Part shown: one piece after another, positions 1 to 10,396 of the stretch | How the letters are laid out: every line of letters begins with the position of its first letter | How positions within the stretch are numbered: position 1 is the stretch's first letter | DNA from: an archaeon | Lineage (GTDB): Archaea > Nanobdellota > Nanobdellia > Pacearchaeales > GW2011-AR1 | Direction of reading: 5' to 3' | Length of the DNA stretch: 46,152 bases | Assembly (NCBI GenBank): GCA_043810285.1 | Contig: JBDROH010000013.1 | Coordinates: 1 to 46,152 of the forward strand | Program-made: the position numbers and the translations under genes | The notes under the pieces: generated by a model | The model's input: only the letters and a program-made list of their open reading frames with translations | Database searches by the model: none | Told to the model about the DNA's origin: nothing

Positions 1-145
1 GTGTCTAAAAAATGGACGAAAGAAGACAAGAACTATCATAACGTAATCCCGAGTTAATTATGTTATGGGAGCTCATAGATATCTTGTCTTGGTTTTTTTA
101 GTGTGAGCTAGTGAAGAAGGTTTGGGTTGCGGAGATACTGAGCTC

Positions 146-234
146 TGCTCTGTCCGAAGTTCCAAAATTTCAAGCGCAACCTTAGAAATTTATCTTAAAC
201 TTTACACGTAAAAAATCAAACTCCGGACAGCGCC
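146..234. mobile_element. Possible IS end or MITE-like remnant with imperfect inverted repeats
   Basis: TGCTCTGTCCGAAGTT (146-161) matches the reverse complement of AACTCCGGACAGCGCC (219-234) at 13/16 positions. The GGCNCTGT end motif resembles the IS end at 46012. No transposase is visible. Confidence 0.3.
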
Positions 235-242
235 GCTACCCC

Positions 243-2855
243 TTATTTGTTTAGGTCGCCCTTTCTCACTTTTAAAATATCAAAAACAACAATTATTGAT
301 AATGAGGCTACAAAAGCTAACAAGAAATTAAATGCCCCAATAGGTGCAGTTTCAAACGCTATGTTTAACGGTGAATAGATAATAAGCAATGTAGCTAATA
401 TCGAAATCACTGATGCATAAATTAGAGGTTTATTTGTAAAAGGTGAACGATTCAAAACCCTCTTTCTAAAAGACCTAAAATTAAAAGCATTTGCTATTTC
501 AAAAAATATAAGCGTTACTAATGCTGTTGTCCTAGCGATTACAAGCTCTTGTTTTAAAACATTAAGAACAAAGTAGAAAACTCCCAGAGCGACGAGACCC
601 ATAATAGTTCCAGCAATTAGAATTAAAATAATAAGTTTTTTATCTAAAATTTCAGATTTCTTTCTAGGCTTTGATTCCATAACATCTTGGGAAGAAGGAT
701 TAAATCCAAGGGTGATTGCAGGAAGATTATCTGTGACGAGATTCATAAATAAAATTTGTAATGCAAGTAGGGGCAAGGGCAATCCTAATAAAATACCTAG
801 AAAGATTATAAGAAGTTCTGCATAGTTACAAGAAAGTTGATAAGTAACAAATTTTTGAATGTTATTAAAAATTGTTCTTCCCTCCCTAATTGCAGAAACC
901 ATTGTGGCAAAATTGTTATCCTTTAAAGTTAGGTCTGCGACCTCTCTTGTTACATCTGTCCCCCCAAGACCCATAGCTACTCCAATATGTGCTTCCTTTA
1001 ATGCAGGGGCATCATTCACACCGTCGCCAGTCATTGTCACAATTTCTCCGTTTTGTTTTAGAGCTTTAACAATTCTCAACTTGTGTTCCGGTCGAACCCT
1101 CGCAAAAATAACTGCAGTTTTAACAATTCTTACTAAATCATCATCACTAAATCTATCTATTTCTTTACCCACGACAACCCGTCCTTTTTTAAGATTTATT
1201 TGTTTTGCAATAGCAATAGCAGTTTCTTTATTATCTCCTGTAATCATCTTTACATTTACTCCAGCAGCATAACAGAGTTCTATAGATTCCCTTACCTCTT
1301 TTCTCGGAGGATCTTCCATTCCCACTAACCCTAAAAAAATAAGTTCTTTTTCCAAGGAGTCTTTATTAGAACTGGATTTTTTATAAGCGATTGCAAGTGT
1401 CCTTAGAGACTTTGAAGTCAATTCTTCGCTTGTCTTTACTATAAGTTTTTTATCTTTTTCGCGAAGTGTAAAAATCCCATTTTCTCTCTGAATAAATTTA
1501 CAATTTTCCAACAGAATTTCTGGGGCACCCTTTACATATATATAATTCCCATTTTTTTCCTTAACCTCTACAGACATAATTTTTCTTTCGGAATTAAAAG
1601 GAAGTTCCCTTTTTCTTATAAAATTCAAATCTTCTGTAAAAATCCCAGCCTTAGCAGAAGCAATTAATAATGCTCCCTCCGTCGGAGTTCCTCTTAAATC
1701 ATATTCATTATCCATTCCTTTTCTTTCAATTTTTGAATCGTTACACAACGTTCCAGCTTTCAAAAGGAGACTTAACGAATTATTTTTTTTAATATCAATT
1801 TTTTCCTGATTATATAAAAAGTCTCCTGTTGCTTCATATCCTTCCCCAGAAACCTTAAAAATTTTATTGTCACAAAATATTTCTCTTGCAGTCATCTCTC
1901 CAGTAGTTATAGTTCCTGTTTTATCAGAACAAATAACAGTGGTTTCTCCAAGGGTTTCAATAATTGACATCCTATTAACAATCGCATTTTTTTGAGCCAT
2001 CCTATAGGCACCCGAAGCTAAGGTTGTCATTAATACTACGGGAAATCCTTCAGGGAATGCAGAAACCGATAAAGCAATTACCACAATTAAAACGTCAATG
2101 AATAATTCATAAGAGATTGGAATATTTCTTATGAGCATAACGAACCCAGTTAAGATAGAAACTGTTAGTGCTACAAAAACCATATATTTGGTTATGCTGT
2201 TTACTTTTTTTTGCAAAGGTAATTCTTTTTCAGCAGTTGAAATCATCCCGGCTATTTTTCCAAATTCACTATTCATTCCGGTATGCAAAACTTTAGCCAC
2301 ACATCTCCCATTAATAATAAGAGTTCCCATAAAAATCTGGTTTTCTTTATTGTAATCTTTCTCATCTTTGGCCTCAAGTTTTTTTACTTCGAGAGACTCT
2401 CCAGTTAAAACAGCCTCGTTAACTCTCAATTCTTTAGCTTCTAAAATCAAACAGTCTGCAGGAATTTTTTCTCCAGTTCTTAGAATAATTATATCTCCCG
2501 GAACAATCTCCGTAGATGGAACCTCAATTTCCTTACCCTCCCTTATAACTATAGATATAGGCATAATCATTTTTTTTAGGGCGGCAATAGCTTTTTCTGC
2601 CTTATATTCCTGAAAAAATCCCACACTTATCACGACAATTATAACTACTAAAATCGTATATGCAGTAACCGATTTACCGACGAAGAATGAAATAATCGCA
2701 GCTACAGATAATAAATAAATCACAAAATTATTTTTAATCTGTCTTAAAAGAATCTTTAATGGAGAAAGATGAAGAATCTCTTTTAATTCATTAGATCCAT
2801 ATTCTTCTAATCTTTCCTTCGCCTCTTTTTCCGTCAACCCCTTTAATTTTTCCAT
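243..2855 (-). CDS. Cation-transporting P-type ATPase (type IIA, Ca2+-ATPase-like)
   Basis: TGES, PEG, DKTGT phosphorylation site, KGAPE, MITGD and TGDGVNDAPAL motifs; multiple transmembrane segments. Confidence 0.95.
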   Translation of the reverse strand: MEKLKGLTEKEAKERLEEYGSNELKEILHLSPLKILLRQIKNNFVIYLLSVAAIISFFVGKSVTAYTILVVIIVVISVGFFQEYKAEKAIAALKKMIMPISIVIREGKEIEVPSTEIVPGDIIILRTGEKIPADCLILEAKELRVNEAVLTGESLEVKKLEAKDEKDYNKENQIFMGTLIINGRCVAKVLHTGMNSEFGKIAGMISTAEKELPLQKKVNSITKYMVFVALTVSILTGFVMLIRNIPISYELFIDVLIVVIALSVSAFPEGFPVVLMTTLASGAYRMAQKNAIVNRMSIIETLGETTVICSDKTGTITTGEMTAREIFCDNKIFKVSGEGYEATGDFLYNQEKIDIKKNNSLSLLLKAGTLCNDSKIERKGMDNEYDLRGTPTEGALLIASAKAGIFTEDLNFIRKRELPFNSERKIMSVEVKEKNGNYIYVKGAPEILLENCKFIQRENGIFTLREKDKKLIVKTSEELTSKSLRTLAIAYKKSSSNKDSLEKELIFLGLVGMEDPPRKEVRESIELCYAAGVNVKMITGDNKETAIAIAKQINLKKGRVVVGKEIDRFSDDDLVRIVKTAVIFARVRPEHKLRIVKALKQNGEIVTMTGDGVNDAPALKEAHIGVAMGLGGTDVTREVADLTLKDNNFATMVSAIREGRTIFNNIQKFVTYQLSCNYAELLIIFLGILLGLPLPLLALQILFMNLVTDNLPAITLGFNPSSQDVMESKPRKKSEILDKKLIILILIAGTIMGLVALGVFYFVLNVLKQELVIARTTALVTLIFFEIANAFNFRSFRKRVLNRSPFTNKPLIYASVISILATLLIIYSPLNIAFETAPIGAFNFLLAFVASLSIIVVFDILKVRKGDLNK

Positions 2856-2884
2856 GATAAATATATTTTGTTTCTTTGTTTAGA

Positions 2885-4591
2885 TTATCTATGCTTCTCT
2901 GCTTTTGGATGTTCATAACCTAATTTTTTCCGAGTTTTAAGATATTTTATGTGCTTCTCCTTTTCTTTCAAAAATTTGTTGATGTCTAGCTTATATTCAT
3001 CAATCATCATCGAGGCGTGGCTTCCTCCGAGGAAGTGAGGCATGATGACGTATGTTGCCCCTCGGCTATATAAGTCTCTTGCTTCTTCGATATTATGGGA
3101 CATCACCATTATAATTGCACTTTTATTCATCTGTCTGATTTTGCCAATTAATAACATATTTGTCTCGAACTCAGGTATTGTTGAAACAACCATTTTTGTC
3201 TCAGTTAAACTTAATCCGCTCAAGAATTCTTCATCATCTGCATCACCATATAAACAATCAACATTATCATTACATAATTCTAAATTTGTTTCAGGATTAT
3301 AATCTACAACTAGGAATCTCTTTTTTAATTTTTTGAAAGACTTCAAAAGGTCATAGCCGATTCTATTGTATCCAAATAATATGAGGTCATAACCTTTAGA
3401 TTCTGATCCTTCCTCTCTAAGTTTTTTTCTTTCAAATATCGAGAGGTATTTAGAAAGATAAGGATATATTTTATCAGAGTATGTTATAAGGTAGGTAGAG
3501 CCTGATATAGTTATCAAACCGACAATTGTAATAAGGGATAATATTTCTCCAGTTAAATGTCCGACACTAACTCCCAAAGTTATAAGGATCAAGGAAAATT
3601 CACTTATTTGAGCTACAGTAAGGCCTGCCTGAAAACTTACCCTCTTCTTATATCCTAAAAAACCCATTAATATCATAACGATAAGTGGATTCCCAATAAG
3701 AATAAACAATGAGAAAATAATTGCAGGGACGATAAGTTGACCTATACTTCCAAAGACCATCTGTGATCCGAGAAGTATGAAGAATAGGATGATGAAAAAA
3801 TCTCTTAAAGGTTTCATCTTTGAGCTAATTTCATAATTATAAGGAGACACGGAAAGTGCAATACCTGCAATTAATGCACCTATCTCCATTGAAAACCCTA
3901 AGTAATGGAACAATGCCGCTAATCCTAACCCCCATCCAATCGAGAATAAAAACAAAAACTCTTGAGACTTCGCAAAAAATTTCGAGAGATGAGGTAGAAC
4001 ATAAATGCTTATTAAAACGAATCCGGCGATTAATAAAATTCCACTTATAATCGTACCAAAAGAAATTGCAGTCATGCTTAGATCACTTGAAAAAGAAGAG
4101 ATTACCATTAAGAGGATTATCACAAAGATATCTTGAACTAATAAGAAACCTATAGAGATTTTCCCATATAATTTTTCTAAATCTTTTTTATCAGATAGCA
4201 GTTTCATGATTATGATTGTGCTACTGAACGTTAAAGCGATGGCAATGTAGATTGAGACAACTATCGAGAAACCGAATGCCCTGCTTATAAAAAAACCAAT
4301 CAGAGACGTAAAAACAATTTGACCAATACCTGTGACTAATGAAACTTTCCCCACCTCTTTTATAACCTTTGGGCTCAGACTTAAACCTATAATAAATAGA
4401 AGTAATGCTACACCTATTTGTGAGAATACTTTTATGGTTTCTGTGGAACTCACAATATTTAAAAAATAGGGGCTGACGATTATCCCCGTAAGGATGTATC
4501 CAATTATTAGGGGTTGTTTCAATAATCTAGTTATTCCAGCTATTAAAACAGTTATTCCGATGATGATGCTTAGTTCTACGAAAACTTCCAT
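2885..4591 (-). CDS. CPA2/Kef-type cation:proton antiporter with C-terminal TrkA-N (KTN) domain
   Basis: Many TM helices with FSSTIII, LLVQD and AQISEFS motifs; C-terminal GYNRIG Rossmann motif and YGDA. Confidence 0.92.
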   Translation of the reverse strand: MEVFVELSIIIGITVLIAGITRLLKQPLIIGYILTGIIVSPYFLNIVSSTETIKVFSQIGVALLLFIIGLSLSPKVIKEVGKVSLVTGIGQIVFTSLIGFFISRAFGFSIVVSIYIAIALTFSSTIIIMKLLSDKKDLEKLYGKISIGFLLVQDIFVIILLMVISSFSSDLSMTAISFGTIISGILLIAGFVLISIYVLPHLSKFFAKSQEFLFLFSIGWGLGLAALFHYLGFSMEIGALIAGIALSVSPYNYEISSKMKPLRDFFIILFFILLGSQMVFGSIGQLIVPAIIFSLFILIGNPLIVMILMGFLGYKKRVSFQAGLTVAQISEFSLILITLGVSVGHLTGEILSLITIVGLITISGSTYLITYSDKIYPYLSKYLSIFERKKLREEGSESKGYDLILFGYNRIGYDLLKSFKKLKKRFLVVDYNPETNLELCNDNVDCLYGDADDEEFLSGLSLTETKMVVSTIPEFETNMLLIGKIRQMNKSAIIMVMSHNIEEARDLYSRGATYVIMPHFLGGSHASMMIDEYKLDINKFLKEKEKHIKYLKTRKKLGYEHPKAEKHR

Positions 4592-4592
4592 T

Positions 4593-6011
4593 TTATTTTT
4601 TTTTAAAGAAATTAATTGCCTCCGACAATTCCTTATGAGTTTTAGAATATTTCTTAATATCTATTTTTTTTACGTAAGCTTCACATGATTGGAATAGAGC
4701 CGTAGCTCCAGCCCTAGTTCCCTTAGGATGTGCGTGGCATCCAGCACCCATTGTAGTTATAAAATCAACATTACCCATTATGTCAATAAATGGTTTCAAT
4801 AATGTTGGATTAAGTCCTCCAGAAATAATAGGACAACATTTTTTTATTCCCCTCCAACTATCTTCTTCAAGAATAACATGATGTGCGGAATCCTCATGGA
4901 CAAGTTTCAAAATATCTTCATCATTTTCTGGGACTGTTGCCCAAGATTGTTCAAAAAAATGACCTTTTGCTAAAAGCTTTAAAATATTATTAGCTGCAAT
5001 GATATCTTCTTCAGGAGTTCCTTCCATTTTTCCAACACCCGCAGTTCCAGTATGAATTCCAGAAGCCCCAGATAATCTTGCGAACTTAGAAAGAACTAAG
5101 ACCGTAAACCCAATCGGATTTTCAGGACGAGTAAAAGCTCCATGTGCAGCCCTGTGAAAATGGATAAATACGTTAGGATATTTTCTCCTAAGAGTTTGCA
5201 CAGCCATCCAACCAGCAGTAATACCATCGATTAAAAAAGCATAACTTCCAGATTCAAAACCTACATCCTTAATCATTTCGCACCTTTCAATCATTGTATC
5301 AAAATCCGAAGCAGAAACATTAAACGAATGAACTTTTTTCTTTCCAGTTTTTTTCACTGCTTTATCCATTGCTTCTTTCACGTGTTTCACCATTTTATCA
5401 TATGGACAAAAATCTTGATTTGCCTGAGGCTCATCATTTTTTACAAAATCTCCACCACCAACCCAAAAATCATAAGCCACTTCAGCATATTCTGCCGAGG
5501 TGAGCCCCATCTTTGGTTTCACAATAGTTCCAAGGATTGGACGACCGTAGACATTCAAATATTTTCTCATATCATCCAATGTATAACTTGGTCCATCGTA
5601 CTGTTCCAACATTGCCGGAGGGAACCAGACATCAAGAAGTTTCAGTGCACTTACTTGTTTCATTCCCAAAACATTTCCTACAATATAGGTTAAAATATTC
5701 TGAATATTTCCTCCCCTATCGAATAGTCTCCATGGAAATGCAATCCAAACTAAATTCTTTTTCAAATCAATTTTGTAAACTAAAGCATTTAGAGTTTTTG
5801 AAAAAGGGGTTTCTGTTTTTACCTTAAAATTTGTTCCCGTTGAAGATTCCGCCGCAACTTCCGCCGCCGCCTGCAATATGTTTAAAGTTTTATCTGGAAT
5901 CAAATGATAAACAGCGAGCATATATTCTCCATTTTTTGGATTAGGCAAATCTAGTTTTACATAAGATTCTTGGTGAGAATTCAATGATTTTGAGAATTTT
6001 TTTATCGTCAT
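4593..6011 (-). CDS. RuBisCO large subunit, form II/III
   Basis: AAESSTGT, GTIVKPK, DFVKNDE (form II-type carbamylation motif), HFHRA, IHTGT, GKMEG and ISGG; extra ~29-aa insertion before KKCCPIISGG that is typical of form II/III. Confidence 0.93.
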   Translation of the reverse strand: MTIKKFSKSLNSHQESYVKLDLPNPKNGEYMLAVYHLIPDKTLNILQAAAEVAAESSTGTNFKVKTETPFSKTLNALVYKIDLKKNLVWIAFPWRLFDRGGNIQNILTYIVGNVLGMKQVSALKLLDVWFPPAMLEQYDGPSYTLDDMRKYLNVYGRPILGTIVKPKMGLTSAEYAEVAYDFWVGGGDFVKNDEPQANQDFCPYDKMVKHVKEAMDKAVKKTGKKKVHSFNVSASDFDTMIERCEMIKDVGFESGSYAFLIDGITAGWMAVQTLRRKYPNVFIHFHRAAHGAFTRPENPIGFTVLVLSKFARLSGASGIHTGTAGVGKMEGTPEEDIIAANNILKLLAKGHFFEQSWATVPENDEDILKLVHEDSAHHVILEEDSWRGIKKCCPIISGGLNPTLLKPFIDIMGNVDFITTMGAGCHAHPKGTRAGATALFQSCEAYVKKIDIKKYSKTHKELSEAINFFKKK

Positions 6012-6078
6012 AGTTCACCTAAATTATATTAGAATTATGATTAAAATACTTTTAAATGTTCTTATGGGTGACAAACCC

Positions 6079-7932
6079 TCAATAAACCAATTCAAACTCG
6101 CCAAAATTTTTCTTCAAAGTTTCTAAAGCTTTAAAGTCTATTTTCGTTTCTTTGTTTTGATTCACTAAGAGCTGTTCTTGTAATTCTTTTGTATCTGACT
6201 TAATTAGTTTTTCTTCGTCAAGCTTTTGTATTTTTGAACCCTGGACGATGAAAACATCTTTTAGAAAAAATACCTCTGCGTTTGAATCTTTACCTTTCAA
6301 GACGAATCGTGTTCGTTCCATTGATGCAATATCCTGCCGTTGAGTGTATTCTATTAAAGCCGTAGTTATTTCTGCCGCAAATTTTCGTGCATTGTCGACG
6401 GCTCTGCTTTGTTTTGCTGTCAAATTATCCTTCTCTGTTTTTGTCCCTTTGGATTTTGCAATGTCATTCTTTGTCTTAGAGATTGCCCTTAGATTTTCTA
6501 AAAATCTTTGAGGAAACCTACCTGATTTGATTAATTTTTCTTCAAATTCCTTAAGTATTACTTCTTCAGATTTTTTCTTTAGAAGGGCACCAAGCATTCC
6601 AAAAACATCATCATGAATCCTTCCGATTGAGTTTTCCTGAGTTCGTTTTTCAATTTGTTCTCTTAGTTCTTTCAGTCTTTCAATATAGTCTATTGCGTTT
6701 TTTGCTAATCTATCCAAGTCTTTCCCATCAATATCTCCAGGCTTAACTTTCCCGTGTTCGTAACCTTTCCAAATTTTGATTAATATCTCTTCTAAGATGT
6801 CTGCATATCTCTCTTCAACTAATTTTTCTTTTACTACGAAAACTTCTCTAAATTGTTTTACTGTTTCAATCACATTTGGCGGAGCGAGTCCGTAAAGCAT
6901 AAGTAAACCCTGGGTTGGGGTAGAAATTCCCCAGAATAAATCTAATGTCGCTACATCAAAAATTCTTTTTTGGATTGTTTCCTTGAGCTTGTTTCCCGAA
7001 GACATAAACATATCTATCGCTTCAGGACTTGGTTTGATTTTCCCCATCCTAAGCAAAGATTTCCAAGGGAGAAATGCTCCTCGGTCATATAGGGGAATTC
7101 CATCTCTAATGAAAGAAAACATCACAGGATGCGCATCCTTTACCGCCTCCCAAAAATCAGTCATTAAATAAATTTGTGGGGATAATTTGTTTTTTACTCC
7201 TGCAATCGCCTCAGCTTCTTGAATATAAGAATAAATAATTCCTCGTAATTTTTCTTTGAGTTCTAATCGTGGCATTCGTTTAACATCGGTGTCGTCAATA
7301 ATTATGAAGACGTCTATATCTGATGTGGATTTTGTTTCTCCACGAACTAATGACCCTCCGATGACATAACTTGTTACATACTTCTCAAATTTTTTTAGGA
7401 CGAGGGATTTATGGATTTGTGTGACTCTTAGTGCTGCGAGAATTCCTTTGTCGAGAATTGGAAATGACATCGATAGCGCTTCCATAATATCAAATTTAGA
7501 ATCTAGTCCAAGATTCCAAATATCTACTGGAGTCATTACATGAACCCAAAATTTATCATTGATTTTTTTCGCAATTGTAATCATTTCAAGACGGATTTGT
7601 CCAATGTTTTTGAATTTTGTTTCTGGAATAACGATTAGAAGGTGAATTAATTCTCTTTTTGCATCCTCTTCTCTAATTTCGTATTCTTCCTCTATTTTTT
7701 TCGCAGCTTGTGCAGGAATAATCCCAATTGCCCTGATATCTTTGATTTTTTTCGCAATTTCTCCTTTGAATTTTTCAATCTCTTTTTGAGTTTTGTCCAT
7801 TTTTTTCTTTAATGCATCATCAGTTTGATTGGACATTGGAAGGTTCCTAATTTTGGATTTTGGAACATAATCATTTGCTAAGTTTTGTTCTACAGAATTT
7901 TCCTCAGAATCGTTTTTATGTGATACGTTCAT
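6079..7932 (-). CDS. Pol-beta-type nucleotidyltransferase domain protein with helical (HEPN-like) C-terminal region
   Basis: GGSLVRG...SDIDVFIIIDD motif; similar to 34365-35216. Confidence 0.8.
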   Translation of the reverse strand: MNVSHKNDSEENSVEQNLANDYVPKSKIRNLPMSNQTDDALKKKMDKTQKEIEKFKGEIAKKIKDIRAIGIIPAQAAKKIEEEYEIREEDAKRELIHLLIVIPETKFKNIGQIRLEMITIAKKINDKFWVHVMTPVDIWNLGLDSKFDIMEALSMSFPILDKGILAALRVTQIHKSLVLKKFEKYVTSYVIGGSLVRGETKSTSDIDVFIIIDDTDVKRMPRLELKEKLRGIIYSYIQEAEAIAGVKNKLSPQIYLMTDFWEAVKDAHPVMFSFIRDGIPLYDRGAFLPWKSLLRMGKIKPSPEAIDMFMSSGNKLKETIQKRIFDVATLDLFWGISTPTQGLLMLYGLAPPNVIETVKQFREVFVVKEKLVEERYADILEEILIKIWKGYEHGKVKPGDIDGKDLDRLAKNAIDYIERLKELREQIEKRTQENSIGRIHDDVFGMLGALLKKKSEEVILKEFEEKLIKSGRFPQRFLENLRAISKTKNDIAKSKGTKTEKDNLTAKQSRAVDNARKFAAEITTALIEYTQRQDIASMERTRFVLKGKDSNAEVFFLKDVFIVQGSKIQKLDEEKLIKSDTKELQEQLLVNQNKETKIDFKALETLKKNFGEFELVY

Positions 7933-7985
7933 AATTAGATGTTGAGATTTTAATATTTAAATGTTGTTACTTTTGAGAAGATTAA

Positions 7986-8056
7986 TGAGTCCGCCAAGGA
8001 TCGAACTTGGGTCATCTCGGTGTAAGCGAGAGGGTCTGCCATTAGCCTACGGACTC
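7986..8056 (-). tRNA. tRNA-Val(TAC)
   Basis: Reverse complement folds as a cloverleaf: acceptor GAGTCCG/CGGACTC, anticodon arm TCTCG-CTTACAC-CGAGA, T-loop TTCGATC; CCA not encoded. Confidence 0.95.
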
Positions 8057-8083
8057 ATATAAGTTATGGAGATTTTACTTATT

Positions 8084-8218
8084 TTAAAAGGTTTGGTTTA
8101 TCTGCTCTTTTTGAAAATTTTCTTTTGATTTATTGACATAACCACATTTAGCACACTTAAAATCACCATCGATTTTTTCATATCTGGTGCTGTTACATGC
8201 AGGACATTTTTTTGTCAT
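8084..8218 (-). CDS. 44-aa zinc-ribbon protein (not in ORF track)
   Basis: MTKKCPACNSTRYEKIDGDFKCAKCGYVNK... has CxxC...CxxCG; TTTATAAA box about 22 nt upstream. Confidence 0.75.
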   Translation of the reverse strand: MTKKCPACNSTRYEKIDGDFKCAKCGYVNKSKENFQKEQINQTF

Positions 8219-8280
8219 AATAATCTAAATATGCAAGGTTTTATAAATCAACTTTTTTGTTTAATTATGTAAATAAGTTA

Positions 8281-8309
8281 GAGTCCTTGGACGTGAGTCG
8301 TAGGGATTC
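8281..8309 (+). promoter_or_regulatory. GNRA-capped hairpin in the long 5' leader of the DEAD-box helicase gene
   Basis: GAGTCCTT-G-GAC-GTGA-GTC-GT-AGGGATTC lies between the TATA-like box near 8240 and the ATG at 8395. Confidence 0.4.
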
Positions 8310-8394
8310 AGTCCGAGATTTTTCTTGGAATTTATTAAAATGGTAACCATAAAGGTCACGAGAACCCTTTTCAAATAATTTCTCTAAATAGAAA

Positions 8395-9645
8395 ATGGAA
8401 CAATTTAAAAAATTGGGCATTTGCGAGCATATGTTGAAAACTATTTCAGCTAAAAAGTTCAAAAAGCCCTCAGAGATTCAAGAGAAAACGATACCGTTAA
8501 TTCTTGAAGGAAAGGATATCATAGCTGGGTCAGCGACGGGCTCTGGAAAAACTTTAGCTTTTAGTGTAGGAATTATTAAGAATACTGAAAAAGGAACCGG
8601 GGTTCGTGGATTAATTCTAACTCCTACTAGAGAATTAGCTGAGCAGGTTACTGGTGCTATTAGTGAACTCGCATACCATAAAGGACTTGAAACTGTTTCA
8701 GTATACGGAGGTGTTTCTATGAGTAATCAGATTAAGAAATTAACTTATGCAGACATTGTTGTTGCTACTCCCGGACGATTGCTTGACCATTTACAACGTA
8801 ATTCTGTTAATTTGTCGAAGGTGAAGTTTTTAGTTTTAGATGAAGCCGATAGAATGTGGGATATGGGATTTAAAGATGATGTTGCGAAAATTGTTAAGGC
8901 ATGTCCTAAAGATAGACAGACTCTTTTGTTTTCAGCGACGATTAACTCGGAACTTGCGGATTTTTCAGAAAAGTATATGAAATCTCCAGTTGAGATTTCG
9001 GTAGAGAGTTATGTCGATGCATCAAAATTAAAACAAATTTATTATGATGTTAGGGATGATGAAAAGTTTTCATTGTTGGTTCATTTATTAAATAATGAAA
9101 AGGCTCATTTGGTTATGATTTTTTGTAATACCCGAAGGAATACAGATTTTGTTGCAAAAAATTTAAATGATGCAGGAATTAGTGCTCAAGCGATTCATGG
9201 CGGAATGGAACAAAATAAACGGTCCCGTGTTATGAAAGGTTTCGACAATTCAAAGGTCAATGTTCTTGTTTGTACCGACGTCGCTGGAAGAGGTCTTGAT
9301 ATCTCAGGAGTTTCACACGTTTATAATTACGACTTGCCTTTGGACGCAAAAGATTATATCCATAGAATTGGAAGAACTGCTCGAGCAGGGGCAGAAGGTA
9401 TCGCAATAAATATTCTAGCAAGTAGGGATTATAAGAATTTTATGAATATTAAAAAGCATAATCAGAGTTTAGTTATTGAGAGGATTATGACTCCCCAGTT
9501 CAAGAAAGTTTATGTTAAATTTGATTCTCCGAGAAGACCTCGAGGTAATTTTGGTGGTCGAAATGAATCTAGGGGGAGAAATTTTCCTAGAGGAAATACG
9601 CGGGGCGGTAGAGATAATCGAAGTCCTAAGAGAAATAGACATTAG
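8395..9645 (+). CDS. DEAD-box RNA helicase
   Basis: Q motif, ATGSGKT, PTRELA, TPGRL, DEAD, SAT and HRIGRTAR; RGG-rich tail. Confidence 0.97.
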   Translation: MEQFKKLGICEHMLKTISAKKFKKPSEIQEKTIPLILEGKDIIAGSATGSGKTLAFSVGIIKNTEKGTGVRGLILTPTRELAEQVTGAISELAYHKGLETVSVYGGVSMSNQIKKLTYADIVVATPGRLLDHLQRNSVNLSKVKFLVLDEADRMWDMGFKDDVAKIVKACPKDRQTLLFSATINSELADFSEKYMKSPVEISVESYVDASKLKQIYYDVRDDEKFSLLVHLLNNEKAHLVMIFCNTRRNTDFVAKNLNDAGISAQAIHGGMEQNKRSRVMKGFDNSKVNVLVCTDVAGRGLDISGVSHVYNYDLPLDAKDYIHRIGRTARAGAEGIAINILASRDYKNFMNIKKHNQSLVIERIMTPQFKKVYVKFDSPRRPRGNFGGRNESRGRNFPRGNTRGGRDNRSPKRNRH

Positions 9646-9678
9646 AAAGTTTTATAATATCCTTGGCTATATTGTTTT

Positions 9679-10332
9679 ATGAAAAAAATTTTAGTGATGT
9701 TGGTACTTTTGGTTTTTGCCGTGAATGTTTCTGCAATGACTTCAAATGTTACAGTAATCAGCGACGAGGTTTATACTGGTGCTATCTTAGAATTGCGAAA
9801 TATTGATAGCGGAGAGGTTGGAGAAAAGCGTTATTACCCATTTTTTATTGGAAAGAATATTGGCGTAATTAAAATTGAAGTTGAAACGGGATTGTCAGAA
9901 GCGAATTTTAGTTTACAATTTACCAATCATGGCGAGGTTTGTCTTAATATAGAAAAAGGACCATTTGTAATTAATGGCTCGGACATTATATTGGATTTAG
10001 GAAAGGTTGAAGAAATCAGCCCTATTGAAGAACCTATAGAAAATTCAAGTGTTGATAATGTTTCTGAGGAAGTTAGTGAAGAAGTTGATTTTAAAATAGA
10101 TGAGAAAAGAAATATCCTAGTTAATAACCCTGGGTTAATTGGCTATGCTTCTCAATATTCAGGAAATTTACAAAATAATATTTATATCCTCATCGGGCTT
10201 GGTGTTCTTTTTGTAGGAATTTTTATGTTTTTTATTGTCCAAAAAGCTTACAAAAGTGGAGCGAAAGGGGTGGTAGAATTACTGGGACGAATGGAAATTG
10301 ATAGAAAGATTGATGAACTGGATAATCGGTGA
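9679..10332 (+). CDS. Hypothetical secreted, C-terminally membrane-anchored protein
   Basis: Signal peptide ending VSA, acidic linker and C-terminal TM helix. Confidence 0.7.
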   Translation: MKKILVMLVLLVFAVNVSAMTSNVTVISDEVYTGAILELRNIDSGEVGEKRYYPFFIGKNIGVIKIEVETGLSEANFSLQFTNHGEVCLNIEKGPFVINGSDIILDLGKVEEISPIEEPIENSSVDNVSEEVSEEVDFKIDEKRNILVNNPGLIGYASQYSGNLQNNIYILIGLGVLFVGIFMFFIVQKAYKSGAKGVVELLGRMEIDRKIDELDNR

Positions 10333-10396
10333 TTTGTTATGGAAGTAAATAAGAAATTAAGAAGAATTTTTATGAGTATTGTTGGGAGATTTAATA

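Noticed and set aside
859-5827. Plus-strand ORFs overlapping the ATPase, antiporter and RuBisCO genes (e.g. 859-1272, 5328-5693)
   Set aside because: They are antisense shadows of well-supported genes with no motifs; the same applies to similar ORFs inside serA, ppsA, gltX and the R-M gene.
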